From: an uncultured Methanosarcinales archaeon
GTDB taxonomy: Archaea; Nanobdellota; Nanobdellia; Woesearchaeales; CAZYIM01
Assembly: GCA_964647565.1 (NCBI GenBank)
Contig: CAZYIM010000018.1
Span: 1 to 52,518 of the forward strand
Length of the DNA stretch: 52,518 nt
Direction: 5' to 3'
The notes under the pieces were generated by a model, which saw nothing but the letters and a program-made list of their open reading frames with translations, did not search any database and was not told the origin of the DNA. This document shows, one piece after another, positions 39,414 through 48,307 of the stretch. The position numbers and the translations under genes are program-made. Position 1 is the stretch's first letter, and every line of letters begins with the position of its first letter.

Positions 39414-40546
39414 GTGATGTTATTGTTCTGAAAACTAAGGAAGATCAAATAGAAGAGAACATAAATAAAATTTTCGAACTAGCCGGAGGGATTGATAAAT
39501 ATATCCAAAAGCAAGACAAGGTTTTGATTAAACCAAATTTTATTGTTCCAAAAACTTCTTCAACAGGCGTTACAACAGATAGCAGAATTATTGAAGCTGT
39601 TATAAAAATTATCTTAAAACAAGACGCCATTCCGATTATCGGTGAAGGCGTTCCATATTCTCATAACGCAGATGAAACATTTAGAAGATTGGGCATAGAT
39701 ACAATAGGAAAAAAATACAACATACAAATAACCAATATGGATAAATATATGCCTAAATCTGTGAAAATTAAAAATCCCATTGTTATAGCGGAGATTCCTA
39801 TTTCCAATCTGGTTTTTGAAGTTGATAAGATAATTAACTTGCCTGTCATGAAGACACATACTCAAACAACTGTAACATTGGGCATGAAAAACCTTAAAGG
39901 ATGTATTATTGGAAAAGAGAAATTAAGGCTACACCATCTAGGCTTGAGTGCGGGCATCGTTGATATAAATACTGTGATTAAACCAACATTCACTATTATT
40001 GACGGTATTATAGGTTTGGAAGGCAATGGTCCCACAAATGGAATTCCAAAAAGAATGGATTTATTATTGGGTTCTGATGATATTTTGGCATTGGAAATCA
40101 TAACTTCAAAGATCATGGGCTTTGATCCATATTCAATTAAGCACATTTATTTATCAAAGAATAAAAATATTGGAGAATATGATATTAAGAATATTGAAGT
40201 CATTGGAGCTAAAATTGAAGAAGTTCAGGATAAATTTTTATTGCCTGTATTAAAAATAAGCAAATGGTTCGGTCCTTTAATTTTGGGTCATATTTTGCCA
40301 TTTTTATCTAAATGCGGAATTGACATCAATAAGATCTCACAAAACTTTTTTAACTATCTTATGCCCTATCCTACGTTTAGAGGGAATTGCACAGGATGTG
40401 CAAAATGCATTAAGAATTGCCCTACCGGAGCCCTTAGTTTTAAAGGAAAGTCGCGTCTGGTTGTTGATAAGAATAAATGTATAAAATGTTATGTTTGTGA
40501 TGAAGTGTGCGTCCATAATAATATTCATATAAAGGGAAGAGATTGA
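39410..40546 (+). CDS. DUF362 protein with C-terminal 2x[4Fe-4S] domain
   Basis: VLIKPN, INLPVMKTH, LGMKNLKG, IIDGIIGLEGNGP; CxxCxxCxxxCP and CxxCxxCxxxC. Confidence 0.9.
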   Translation: MSDVIVLKTKEDQIEENINKIFELAGGIDKYIQKQDKVLIKPNFIVPKTSSTGVTTDSRIIEAVIKIILKQDAIPIIGEGVPYSHNADETFRRLGIDTIGKKYNIQITNMDKYMPKSVKIKNPIVIAEIPISNLVFEVDKIINLPVMKTHTQTTVTLGMKNLKGCIIGKEKLRLHHLGLSAGIVDINTVIKPTFTIIDGIIGLEGNGPTNGIPKRMDLLLGSDDILALEIITSKIMGFDPYSIKHIYLSKNKNIGEYDIKNIEVIGAKIEEVQDKFLLPVLKISKWFGPLILGHILPFLSKCGIDINKISQNFFNYLMPYPTFRGNCTGCAKCIKNCPTGALSFKGKSRLVVDKNKCIKCYVCDEVCVHNNIHIKGRD

Positions 40547-40618
40547 ATGTGTTCTAGGCAGACAGCCGAAGTCAGAATACCATAACATATTTAAAATCAA
40601 AAAATAATATGTCCTGTT

Positions 40619-42181
40619 ATGTTAAAAAAGCTGGTGTTTGTTTTATTAGTTGTGCTATTATCTTCTGTGGTTTTTGCTGAGCATCTGGAATGGTATGCTC
40701 AAACCGATTGTTATGAAAAATCACGGCCAAATATTGAGCATTGCCAGCAGCAGTATGAAAAGTTACGTAAAGCGCATTATGATGATTGTGTTAATCCCTC
40801 TAGTGATGATTGTTACCAATACTGCCAACAGTTCATTGATGCGCACAGATTGGAGTGTGAACAGAAATGCATGGATGAATTATCATTTGCGCATTTTAGA
40901 TATATGGACTGTTTGGAAGGGAAGGCAAGCTCATACAAAGGTGTTTATGATTATGATGAAGATTACGATCTGATTCCAATTGATGATAAACCAGTGTTCG
41001 ATGTCCAGACGCTGACTGACGATGGCTGGAAATGTTATGATGGGAATACAGGAAAAGAAAAACCTTGGAATGATTGCAATCCAGCTCCTTTAAATGGTTC
41101 CAGGGTAGCTGATTATGTAGTCGGAACTGTTAAATCCACTCAAGGGAAAGCAGAGATCCTGAGGCAAGGGTCTGTTGCACTTGTTACAACAGATCTAGAA
41201 TTGCATAAAGGAGATGTTATCCATACAGGAGGGGATGGAGGTATTGAGATTGCCACTGAAGACGGTATGGTCAAGCTTGGTACAAATACAACTGTTGAAT
41301 TTGTAGGTCTTGAGTTTGATCCTGTTCCAAGCCGTAGGATAAAACCTCCGCCAGAGGCTCCCTGGGCTCCAGATCCCGGGTCATTCAAATATGAAATAAA
41401 TAATACTGCCTTTTGGAAAGGGATTGCAGATGATTTGAAAAAACATGTTCCATCTATCTTAGATGCTTGTATTGCCAGTATTGTTGGTGTTCCAGACCCA
41501 CTGAATCCAGATATCCCGGTTCCCATCCCTGCTATCGATTGTTTCAGGAAGCCGATCTTGATTCTTGTTGATGGAAGCCTATGGACCAAGACCAAACCTC
41601 CGGCCAAATATCCTGCTAACTTTTCCAAGGAATCGATCATGACTCAAAGTGTTTTAATCAATCATATGGCTACAGAGTTCACTGTTGAAGTGGCTGATGA
41701 TGGCACAACCACTGTGACTACGCTGGATGGCAGCGTCTTAGTAACAGACCTGGCCAGCAGGAAGAATGTTGTGGTCGATGTAAATGAGCGGCTCACTGTG
41801 ACTTCAGAGCAAGTGCTGACTAAGATAGATCCTGAATCAATAGATAAATGGTGGATTCAATCTACTGACTTTCCAAAAAAAGAAATATTGTTGTTCTTTT
41901 CCACATTATTCCTGGTAACTATTGTTTTTGTCGGTTTGATTGCTTTGATTATCCGAAAAAAGACAACTGCTTGGGGTGTAACCAGCTTAATCTTTGGCAT
42001 TATCGGTATCTTGGTTTTTATTGCGCCATATTTTGGATTGCCTTTAAGTGTTGGCGCGATATGGTTTTCTAGGATACAGAAGAAAAAGAAACATACTAAT
42101 ATAATGACAGCAGGCTTTGTCTTAGGCATTATCGGCACTATTCTTAATGTACTTCTTGCAATAGTGTATTTTATGATGTAG
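40619..42181 (+). CDS. Surface/membrane protein with Cys-rich N-terminus, FecR-like beta domain and C-terminal TM helices
   Basis: Signal peptide; L.KGDVIHTG.DG...DG.VKLG.NT.V; TEFTVEV.DDG.T.VTTLDGSV; 3 C-terminal TMs. Confidence 0.75.
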   Translation: MLKKLVFVLLVVLLSSVVFAEHLEWYAQTDCYEKSRPNIEHCQQQYEKLRKAHYDDCVNPSSDDCYQYCQQFIDAHRLECEQKCMDELSFAHFRYMDCLEGKASSYKGVYDYDEDYDLIPIDDKPVFDVQTLTDDGWKCYDGNTGKEKPWNDCNPAPLNGSRVADYVVGTVKSTQGKAEILRQGSVALVTTDLELHKGDVIHTGGDGGIEIATEDGMVKLGTNTTVEFVGLEFDPVPSRRIKPPPEAPWAPDPGSFKYEINNTAFWKGIADDLKKHVPSILDACIASIVGVPDPLNPDIPVPIPAIDCFRKPILILVDGSLWTKTKPPAKYPANFSKESIMTQSVLINHMATEFTVEVADDGTTTVTTLDGSVLVTDLASRKNVVVDVNERLTVTSEQVLTKIDPESIDKWWIQSTDFPKKEILLFFSTLFLVTIVFVGLIALIIRKKTTAWGVTSLIFGIIGILVFIAPYFGLPLSVGAIWFSRIQKKKKHTNIMTAGFVLGIIGTILNVLLAIVYFMM

Positions 42182-42191
42182 CTGAAGGTTT

Positions 42192-42265
42192 GTTATCGTA
42201 AATCTTCTGGGAAATGTTGGGGTAGCTATTTTAATGTGCGGTTATAGATGTTAATATGACCGAAA
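42192..42265 (+). repeat. 74-bp direct repeat B, left copy
   Basis: 67/74 identical to 42934-43007; first 29 and last 24 nt identical. Confidence 0.9.
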
Positions 42266-42345
42266 CTAAAAAAATCAAAGATTTTTAGGCTTCGAAAATT
42301 TATATTTTCGAAAAGTTTAAATATCAGATGGTATCTATTGGTATC

Positions 42346-42591
42346 ATGAACACACAAATTAATTTAAGAATGTCGCCAAAATTACTTAGTTCAGTCAAAT
42401 CTTATAGTGAAGAGCACGGATATGGTTCGGTACAGGATTTTATTAAGGAAACTGTTAGGGAAAAATTGTTCGATGCGCCTGAAATAAGCAAAGAGGAATT
42501 GGCACTTGTAAAGAAATTAGTTGAAGTTAGTGAAAAGAAAAAACTATATGGAACTGAGAAAGAATTGTTTGATAAACTTCGGAGAAGATAA
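42346..42591 (+). CDS. Ribbon-helix-helix antitoxin
   Basis: QINLRM...GYGSVQDFIKETVREKL; start placed at ATG 42346. Confidence 0.85.
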   Translation: MNTQINLRMSPKLLSSVKSYSEEHGYGSVQDFIKETVREKLFDAPEISKEELALVKKLVEVSEKKKLYGTEKELFDKLRRR

Positions 42592-42593
42592 TT

Positions 42594-42890
42594 GTGGAAT
42601 ATGAAATTATTCCAACTAAGCTGTTTCTAGAACAAATTGATGATCTAAGTGATGAAGCTGCAAGATTAATTGAAGGTAAATTACGTTTAGTAAAAATAAA
42701 TCCATATAGATTTAAGCGTATTGAAGGATACAAATTATTTCTTTTTAGGATAAGGTTTGAAGATGAGAGAAAAGAAAAAAGAATAGTTTATCTTGTTGAT
42801 AAACCAAAAGTAAAAGTTCTTTGTATTTTAGATCGGAGTGGTGAGTATAAACAACTTAGGAAGTTCTTAAAAAGATATGGTTATCTTTGA
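42594..42890 (+). CDS. RelE/ParE-family toxin
   Basis: YEIIPT..FLEQI..L...NPYRFK...FRIRF...RIVY.V. Confidence 0.8.
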   Translation: MEYEIIPTKLFLEQIDDLSDEAARLIEGKLRLVKINPYRFKRIEGYKLFLFRIRFEDERKEKRIVYLVDKPKVKVLCILDRSGEYKQLRKFLKRYGYL

Positions 42891-42933
42891 TTTATGGCTC
42901 TTTCCTCTTTTAATTATTGCATATAACATCGGG

Positions 42934-43007
42934 GTTATCGTAAATCTTCTGGGAAATGTTGGATTAAATATTTTAATGTAGGATTATAGATGTTAATATG
43001 ACCGAAA
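42934..43007 (+). repeat. 74-bp direct repeat B, right copy
   Basis: 67/74 identical to 42192-42265. Confidence 0.9.
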
Positions 43008-43021
43008 AACTTAAATATCTA

Positions 43022-43052
43022 AACGATATTTCGTGTATTAACGATATCTCGT
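43022..43052 (+). promoter_or_regulatory. Tandem near-palindromic operator pair
   Basis: AACGATATTTCGT (43022) and AACGATATCTCGT (43040) between the TATA box and ATG 43058. Confidence 0.6.
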
Positions 43053-43057
43053 TTAAA

Positions 43058-43213
43058 ATGGCGACCTTCACTGTATCTATACCCAAAGAACTCAAAGAAG
43101 AGATGGATCAATACCCCGAAATTAATCTGGCTGAATATCTTAAAAAAAAGTTCAGTTTACGATTAAAGGAATTGAGCAAGTTTGAAGAGCTTAGGAACAA
43201 GGGGGCGATATGA
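43058..43213 (+). CDS. Small RHH-like protein
   Basis: MATFTVSIPKELKEEM..YPEIN. Confidence 0.7.
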   Translation: MATFTVSIPKELKEEMDQYPEINLAEYLKKKFSLRLKELSKFEELRNKGAI

Positions 43214-43500
43214 TGACATCTGTGACGCTTTCTGTGACTGATGAGTTCAAAGAGCAGTTGAAGCAGTTTTCCTGGGTAAATTGGAGTGAGATCGCTAAAG
43301 AAGAGACCAGGAAGAAATTAATATTTGAAAAATTCTTAAAGACTCGAAAAGTTTCTTCAGAAGATTGGAAGTTCTGCGAGAAGATTGACTGGCACCCTGT
43401 TGATGAGCTTCCGTTGAAGGAAGAATATGTTGAAAAATTGAATAAGATAAGGAAGGGAAAATTCGTCAAAGTTGATTCTGTAGCAGATTATTTCAAATGA
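43210..43500 (+). CDS. RHH-like antitoxin
   Basis: VTLSV.DEFKEQL..F.WVNWSEIA; C-terminal LKEEYVEKLNKIRKG; ATGA overlaps on both sides. Confidence 0.75.
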   Translation: MMTSVTLSVTDEFKEQLKQFSWVNWSEIAKEETRKKLIFEKFLKTRKVSSEDWKFCEKIDWHPVDELPLKEEYVEKLNKIRKGKFVKVDSVADYFK

Positions 43501-43757
43501 GATATCATATTGAGATTTCAAGTTCTTGCGATGTAAGCATAAAGAGAGCAATAGCTAAAAATCCGGTGCTGAAAAAAGCAATTCGTAAGAAAATGGAGCA
43601 GATAGTTGAGAATCCAGAACGATTTAAACATTTGAGGTATGGACTGAAAGGTGAGAGACGGGTTCATATTCTTAAGAGCTTTGTGTTGAGGTATGAAGTT
43701 AAAAAAAATGTGATTAGATTTCTTTATTTCGATCATCATGATGAGATTTACAGGTGA
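43497..43757 (+). CDS. RelE/YafQ-family toxin
   Basis: KKMEQI.ENP..FK.LRY.LKG.RRVHI.KSFVL.Y...FDHHDEIY. Confidence 0.85.
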   Translation: MRYHIEISSSCDVSIKRAIAKNPVLKKAIRKKMEQIVENPERFKHLRYGLKGERRVHILKSFVLRYEVKKNVIRFLYFDHHDEIYR

Positions 43758-43762
43758 GGTTC

Positions 43763-44362
43763 TTAATTCTCAACCGGTATTGTTTGTGGTTTAGGAACCT
43801 TGTGCGGAACTAGTGATGAATAAATATGTTTAATTCCGGAAAACACGCTTTTTTTAGGGGGCTTTGGTAAGTTAGCTTTTGATAAATATTTAGCATAGAC
43901 ATTTGGTATCCATGCTAAACTTTGAATCATTATTGCGTTTCCTATATTTTGCAAAGCATAAGAAGAAGTTTCAGCCCCTACTTTATTAATCAAATATCCT
44001 GTACCGAAAAGAACAGGGATCGTTATCAAATTCAATAATCTATTAACCTTTCCAGAATCTCTTAATTTGCCTTGGGTTTCATATCGTATTTCTTCTTCTA
44101 TGGGCGATTCTTTTTTTGGAGGGACCAGGAACCCACTAAAAGAGACAAAATTACCATATATACCGAGGAATAGATTATACTTGAGTGTTAAAACACTTCC
44201 AACTCCGGATAATAAGTAACTGTGCTTTACTTGTTCTGATCCTGATCTTCCGGTGACGTGTTGGTATGCCTCTCCTATTTTACCAGCACTTTTAATTAGA
44301 AAATTATCTATTTTTGTTACTAATGTTCCATCTTCCGGGAAAAACTTATCTTCGAGTGACAT
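43763..44362 (-). CDS. Hypothetical membrane protein
   Basis: 199 aa with several hydrophobic segments. Confidence 0.65.
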   Translation of the reverse strand: MSLEDKFFPEDGTLVTKIDNFLIKSAGKIGEAYQHVTGRSGSEQVKHSYLLSGVGSVLTLKYNLFLGIYGNFVSFSGFLVPPKKESPIEEEIRYETQGKLRDSGKVNRLLNLITIPVLFGTGYLINKVGAETSSYALQNIGNAIMIQSLAWIPNVYAKYLSKANLPKPPKKSVFSGIKHIYSSLVPHKVPKPQTIPVEN

Positions 44363-44459
44363 GATCAGTGAAAACTATGTTGGAGTATATAAAATTTACG
44401 ATTTGTTGTGACTGCATAGTGGCGAAAAATTTATAATGTCTGCTTAAATTTCTATTTAT

Positions 44460-45086
44460 ATGAACGAATTAGTGACTTTTGAACAGGCAAGAGCAGATGT
44501 AATGCTTAGGCAGCAATATCTGGATTCTCTTCTTAAACAAGCTTCAGATAGTGTTCAGGCTTTTGTATATGATGATGGGACCAAGATGGAGGCACAGGTT
44601 CACAAACTTGTCGATGAAGGATACATAAAAGCAGAGGAGTTGCAACCCAGACTAGAAGCAGGACGGAAAGCAGATTTTCAATTTGTTACACCGATTTCAA
44701 GTGAATTGATAGGATCAGGTAAGCAAAGCCCAATTTTTGTTTATGATGGGGCTTTTAATATGTATGGTGTTGAAGAATTATTTCTTAATTGTATCTTAGA
44801 TCATGAAGGTAAACATGTAGATGATATAAAGGATGGGATGCAGTTACGTGATGGGAATGTGATAGATCAGGATAATATTGGTTTATTGCAAGAAGTTACA
44901 CAAATAAACTTGCTTGAAGCCACAGCATACAGGAGGCAACTTGATAAGGCAGCTGGAAGGGGTGTGCAAAAAGAGGATTATCTATCGCATATCAATTTCA
45001 TATATCAAGGGATTGTAGGCACACTTGAAAGAATCTCTGTAAAGAATGATTTTGAAAGAAAAGCTATTAATTCTGAGATATATTGA
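44460..45086 (+). CDS. Hypothetical protein with HExxH motif
   Basis: DHEGKH ... LEATAY. Confidence 0.6.
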   Translation: MNELVTFEQARADVMLRQQYLDSLLKQASDSVQAFVYDDGTKMEAQVHKLVDEGYIKAEELQPRLEAGRKADFQFVTPISSELIGSGKQSPIFVYDGAFNMYGVEELFLNCILDHEGKHVDDIKDGMQLRDGNVIDQDNIGLLQEVTQINLLEATAYRRQLDKAAGRGVQKEDYLSHINFIYQGIVGTLERISVKNDFERKAINSEIY

Positions 45087-45153
45087 TGAGCAGGTTTTGA
45101 GTTTCTTCTTTAATACAAATGTTTATATAAAATTTCAGCTTTCTGATTTCAAT

Positions 45154-45450
45154 ATGGCACTTACTGAGATGCAGGAAGGGGATTTGATCGTTAAGAAAGA
45201 AAGCAACTATACAATAGAGAAGCTTACAGATGATTTTAGGCATTGGGTTTCAAAACGATTAAATGGTTCTGTAGGTTCATTTGTAAAGGAGATCGGTCTG
45301 GGATATGAACTGATATTTGGAGTTGGTTATAGGGATTATACAACTGTGGGCAAAGTAAAGATAGAAGCCAATGGTGTTGCAAGGATCAATGTTAATCCTC
45401 GATTTTCTGATAGGTTGCCTCTTAATGAATATAAGCCGTTTCTAAGGTGA
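45154..45450 (+). CDS. Hypothetical protein
   Basis: ATG 45154 about 25 nt after TTTATATA. Confidence 0.6.
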   Translation: MALTEMQEGDLIVKKESNYTIEKLTDDFRHWVSKRLNGSVGSFVKEIGLGYELIFGVGYRDYTTVGKVKIEANGVARINVNPRFSDRLPLNEYKPFLR

Positions 45451-45502
45451 AGGCAGACCATGTCAGAAAGGTTTATATAGTTTATATTTATTCTATCTGG
45501 AT

Positions 45503-45868
45503 ATGGCAGAATATGTTGTTGATGGTAAAACAATAGAACTTGATAATAGTAAGACATATTTAGATTTCTTTCGGCAAGATAGAAAAGGACAACTTGTTGA
45601 AATAGATTTAGAATTGATGCTTACAGCAATTCAGTCTGGTGAACTTGCAGTTGATGACAGCTTAAAAGAACATATGAAATACTTAAAAAGATGGGAGATA
45701 GATGCTCCTAGGAAAAGAAATCTTCGTGAAATGAGGAGAAGTGGAGTTACAGTTGCGACAACTGATGCTTTGTTTGAACAAGACGGCGGAGAAGAAATAA
45801 TAGATAATCTTGAGAATACTGGAGTTTTTGCAGCTTATTTCTTAAAAGAAGTTTATGGGATAAAATAG
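45503..45868 (+). CDS. Hypothetical protein
   Basis: 121-aa ORF after a BRE/TATA element (GAAAGGTTTATATA). Confidence 0.65.
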   Translation: MAEYVVDGKTIELDNSKTYLDFFRQDRKGQLVEIDLELMLTAIQSGELAVDDSLKEHMKYLKRWEIDAPRKRNLREMRRSGVTVATTDALFEQDGGEEIIDNLENTGVFAAYFLKEVYGIK

Positions 45869-45957
45869 ATTGCTTCTGTCTCTTAAACTAGTGTTAAATT
45901 ATTTTGGATGTGATTGTGCAGAAAGTTTAAAAAGATTAGAGTTGATGATTATTCTTT

Positions 45958-46500
45958 ATGGATCAGCCTGACATGGTTTCAATGGACAGTATATATAACA
46001 ATAAGCCTTCTAAAGCTCCCAATAAAAAAAAGATTATAATCTCTATTGTGGTTGCGATTGTAATAATATTGATAGTTATAGTAAGTATTAGTTTTATCTC
46101 AGATTGGATATGGGCTTCTAAACTACAAAAAGCAGTTGAAAATGAAGATCTAAGCTATTGTGAGGATCTTAAAAAAGGAAAAGATATCTGTATTACTTTA
46201 ATTGCAGTTCAAAAAAAGAATCATATGCTATGTTTAAATCTCACTGATGAAGGTGAACAAAATGTATGTATGATGACTAATGCAATTCTTACTGAAAGGC
46301 TTAATGTTTGTGACAAATTTAGGGAAAACCAGACTCTTATATCTACATGTTACATAAAATATGCAGAAAGACATGATGATCCTCATGCATGTATGACACT
46401 AAAACGTAAGACAAGCAACGATAGTCTATTTGATGAGTGCATGGTAATGTTCGAAGACAGGTTCTATTTTGAAAGCGGAATATTGAAGCGGAAAGAGTGA
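45958..46500 (+). CDS. Membrane-anchored protein with Cys-pair helical repeats
   Basis: TM helix, then about 25-aa repeats D...C..l......C...A. Confidence 0.75.
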   Translation: MDQPDMVSMDSIYNNKPSKAPNKKKIIISIVVAIVIILIVIVSISFISDWIWASKLQKAVENEDLSYCEDLKKGKDICITLIAVQKKNHMLCLNLTDEGEQNVCMMTNAILTERLNVCDKFRENQTLISTCYIKYAERHDDPHACMTLKRKTSNDSLFDECMVMFEDRFYFESGILKRKE

Positions 46501-46505
46501 AGGCA

Positions 46506-46585
46506 GAGCTTAAAAAGAGAATAGCTTAAAGCCTGGGTGTTCCCAGCCAGGTGGTTGGGTGTAGATGAAATAGTCTGCTTCTTTT
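46506..46585 (+). repeat. 80-bp direct repeat C, left copy (orphan minus-strand gene end)
   Basis: 79/80 identical to 49992-50071. Confidence 0.95.
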
Positions 46586-46608
46586 TTCCAAGAAATTAAG
46601 ATTTTAAT

Positions 46609-47004
46609 TTATGATTTTTCTGAATGATATTTTTGAGATAATAGATCTAGAACATAGTTAGAATTATCGCTATTTTCTTGATGCAATTTCCCTTCTATTG
46701 TTTCTAAAAAAGTTGATGTAAACGCTGGTAAAGCATAATGGAATCCTGATGCACGATTTAACAAATAGTACAAACTAGTGTGGGTGTTTTGGGAGGTTCC
46801 GGTAAAATCGACATTTGTCCTTACATATTCATACATCTTGGTTCCTGGTACGTGCTCTGTTTTTACCAATGTTTCACTGACTGTCGATAGTCTTATATCT
46901 GAATAAAGAATCCAAGCGTCCCATCTACTCCCAACAATGTCTAAAATATTCCATATTTTTCCCAGATATTTTCTTGTATCTTCTTTATCCATCTTAATCA
47001 TCAT
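46609..47004 (-). CDS. Hypothetical protein
   Basis: 131-aa ORF overlapping the upstream gene. Confidence 0.6.
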   Translation of the reverse strand: MMIKMDKEDTRKYLGKIWNILDIVGSRWDAWILYSDIRLSTVSETLVKTEHVPGTKMYEYVRTNVDFTGTSQNTHTSLYYLLNRASGFHYALPAFTSTFLETIEGKLHQENSDNSNYVLDLLSQKYHSEKS

Positions 47005-47434
47005 TAGGGGTTGTATATTCTATGTAGGAGCCGTTAAATTTACAATTTTTGAGCCCGCACCACTTATCGATGTAAGTGTCCATATGTTCTTTTTTATAGA
47101 AGACATGATAGCTTGTGTCTGCGTATTTAAATTTAAACCAGTTTGGACTGGCAACAGCAGAATCTACGTGAAAGTTAGTAACAACCCTATCAATTGTATG
47201 TTCTTCTGGAGGATGAATTAATATATAATCAAACCTATCATTGGATAGATATGCATATATAGAGAGATCCTCGATTTTAAAGTCATACTTCTTTTTTGTA
47301 TGATCATATGTTGGGAAAATAAGTAGATTACTTACCGCTTCAATTCCATCCAATAGTTTTTTATTCGCTTCCCTGCCAGTCAATATGTTTAAGCTAATAT
47401 CTTTTAATTCGTGATTCATAGTTATGGGGAACAT
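46994..47434 (-). CDS. Hypothetical protein
   Basis: 146-aa ORF divergent from TrmB. Confidence 0.6.
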   Translation of the reverse strand: MFPITMNHELKDISLNILTGREANKKLLDGIEAVSNLLIFPTYDHTKKKYDFKIEDLSIYAYLSNDRFDYILIHPPEEHTIDRVVTNFHVDSAVASPNWFKFKYADTSYHVFYKKEHMDTYIDKWCGLKNCKFNGSYIEYTTPNDD

Positions 47435-47516
47435 AGACCAATATATTAAATTATGTTACATCATTTGTTGTTACAAAACAGAAAACTTATAAAGACAAAT
47501 AAGTTAACTATATCAA

Positions 47517-48245
47517 ATGGAGGAGAGTATATTAAAAGAAATAGGGCTTACAACTTCAGAAATAAAGGTATATATTTCCCTGTTAAAGACCGGTCCGGCA
47601 AGGGCATCTGAAGTAATAGATAAATCAGGCTTACAAAATCCAGTAGTTCATAGAGCATTTCATTCGTTAATCAACAAAGGTATTGTTTCTTATTCAATTT
47701 CAGGAAAGATTAAATTCTATCATCCAATAGATCCGACACAATTATTAAAAATTTTGGAAGAGAAAAAAAATCGTTTATCTAAAATCATTCCTGAATTAAA
47801 AAATCTATTTGAATATAAAAGTGATAATACTAAGGCTACAATTCATCAAGGGAAAAGAGGTGTAAGAGAGTTACTTAATTATTTACTTGAAAATACTGAG
47901 GGTGAGATTCTATCCTATGGTGCACCTGAAAAATCTATAGATGTTTTAGGGGATTATTTTTGGGATTCTTTTCATAAAAAAAGAATAAAGAAAAAAATAT
48001 TTGCACGAATGATATTTCATGATTCTGCATCAAAAAGAGCAAATGAATTAAATAAAATCAATATAACAAATATTAGGACCACTGATAAAGATTTTGAAGA
48101 ATTAGTTGAAACAATAATTACAAAAGATAAAGTAGGGATAATAATCTATTTAGATGATCCGCTTGGCATATTAATTGATGATGAATTAGCTGCAAAATCT
48201 TATCAGAATTTCTTTGAAATCTTGTGGAAAGGTTGTGAAAGATAG
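47517..48245 (+). CDS. TrmB-family transcriptional regulator
   Basis: LKEIGLTTSEIKVYISLL...LINKGIVSY...SYQNFFEILW. Confidence 0.9.
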   Translation: MEESILKEIGLTTSEIKVYISLLKTGPARASEVIDKSGLQNPVVHRAFHSLINKGIVSYSISGKIKFYHPIDPTQLLKILEEKKNRLSKIIPELKNLFEYKSDNTKATIHQGKRGVRELLNYLLENTEGEILSYGAPEKSIDVLGDYFWDSFHKKRIKKKIFARMIFHDSASKRANELNKINITNIRTTDKDFEELVETIITKDKVGIIIYLDDPLGILIDDELAAKSYQNFFEILWKGCER

Positions 48246-48307
48246 AAAAATACCTTATAAGACTATAAAAGAGGGAGAAGTAATAGTTATAGAACGAGTG
48301 TGGGGTG

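Noticed and set aside
42192..43007. Canonical integron attC sites
   Set aside because: Only the right copy has AAC...GTT arms, the L boxes pair poorly, genes carry their own promoters in both orientations, and no IntI is present. Kept only as a test to run
34251..43007. CRISPR array from the recurring TTATCGTAAATCTTCTGG motif
   Set aside because: Copies are 0.7-5 kb apart and separated by whole genes; no cas genes are present
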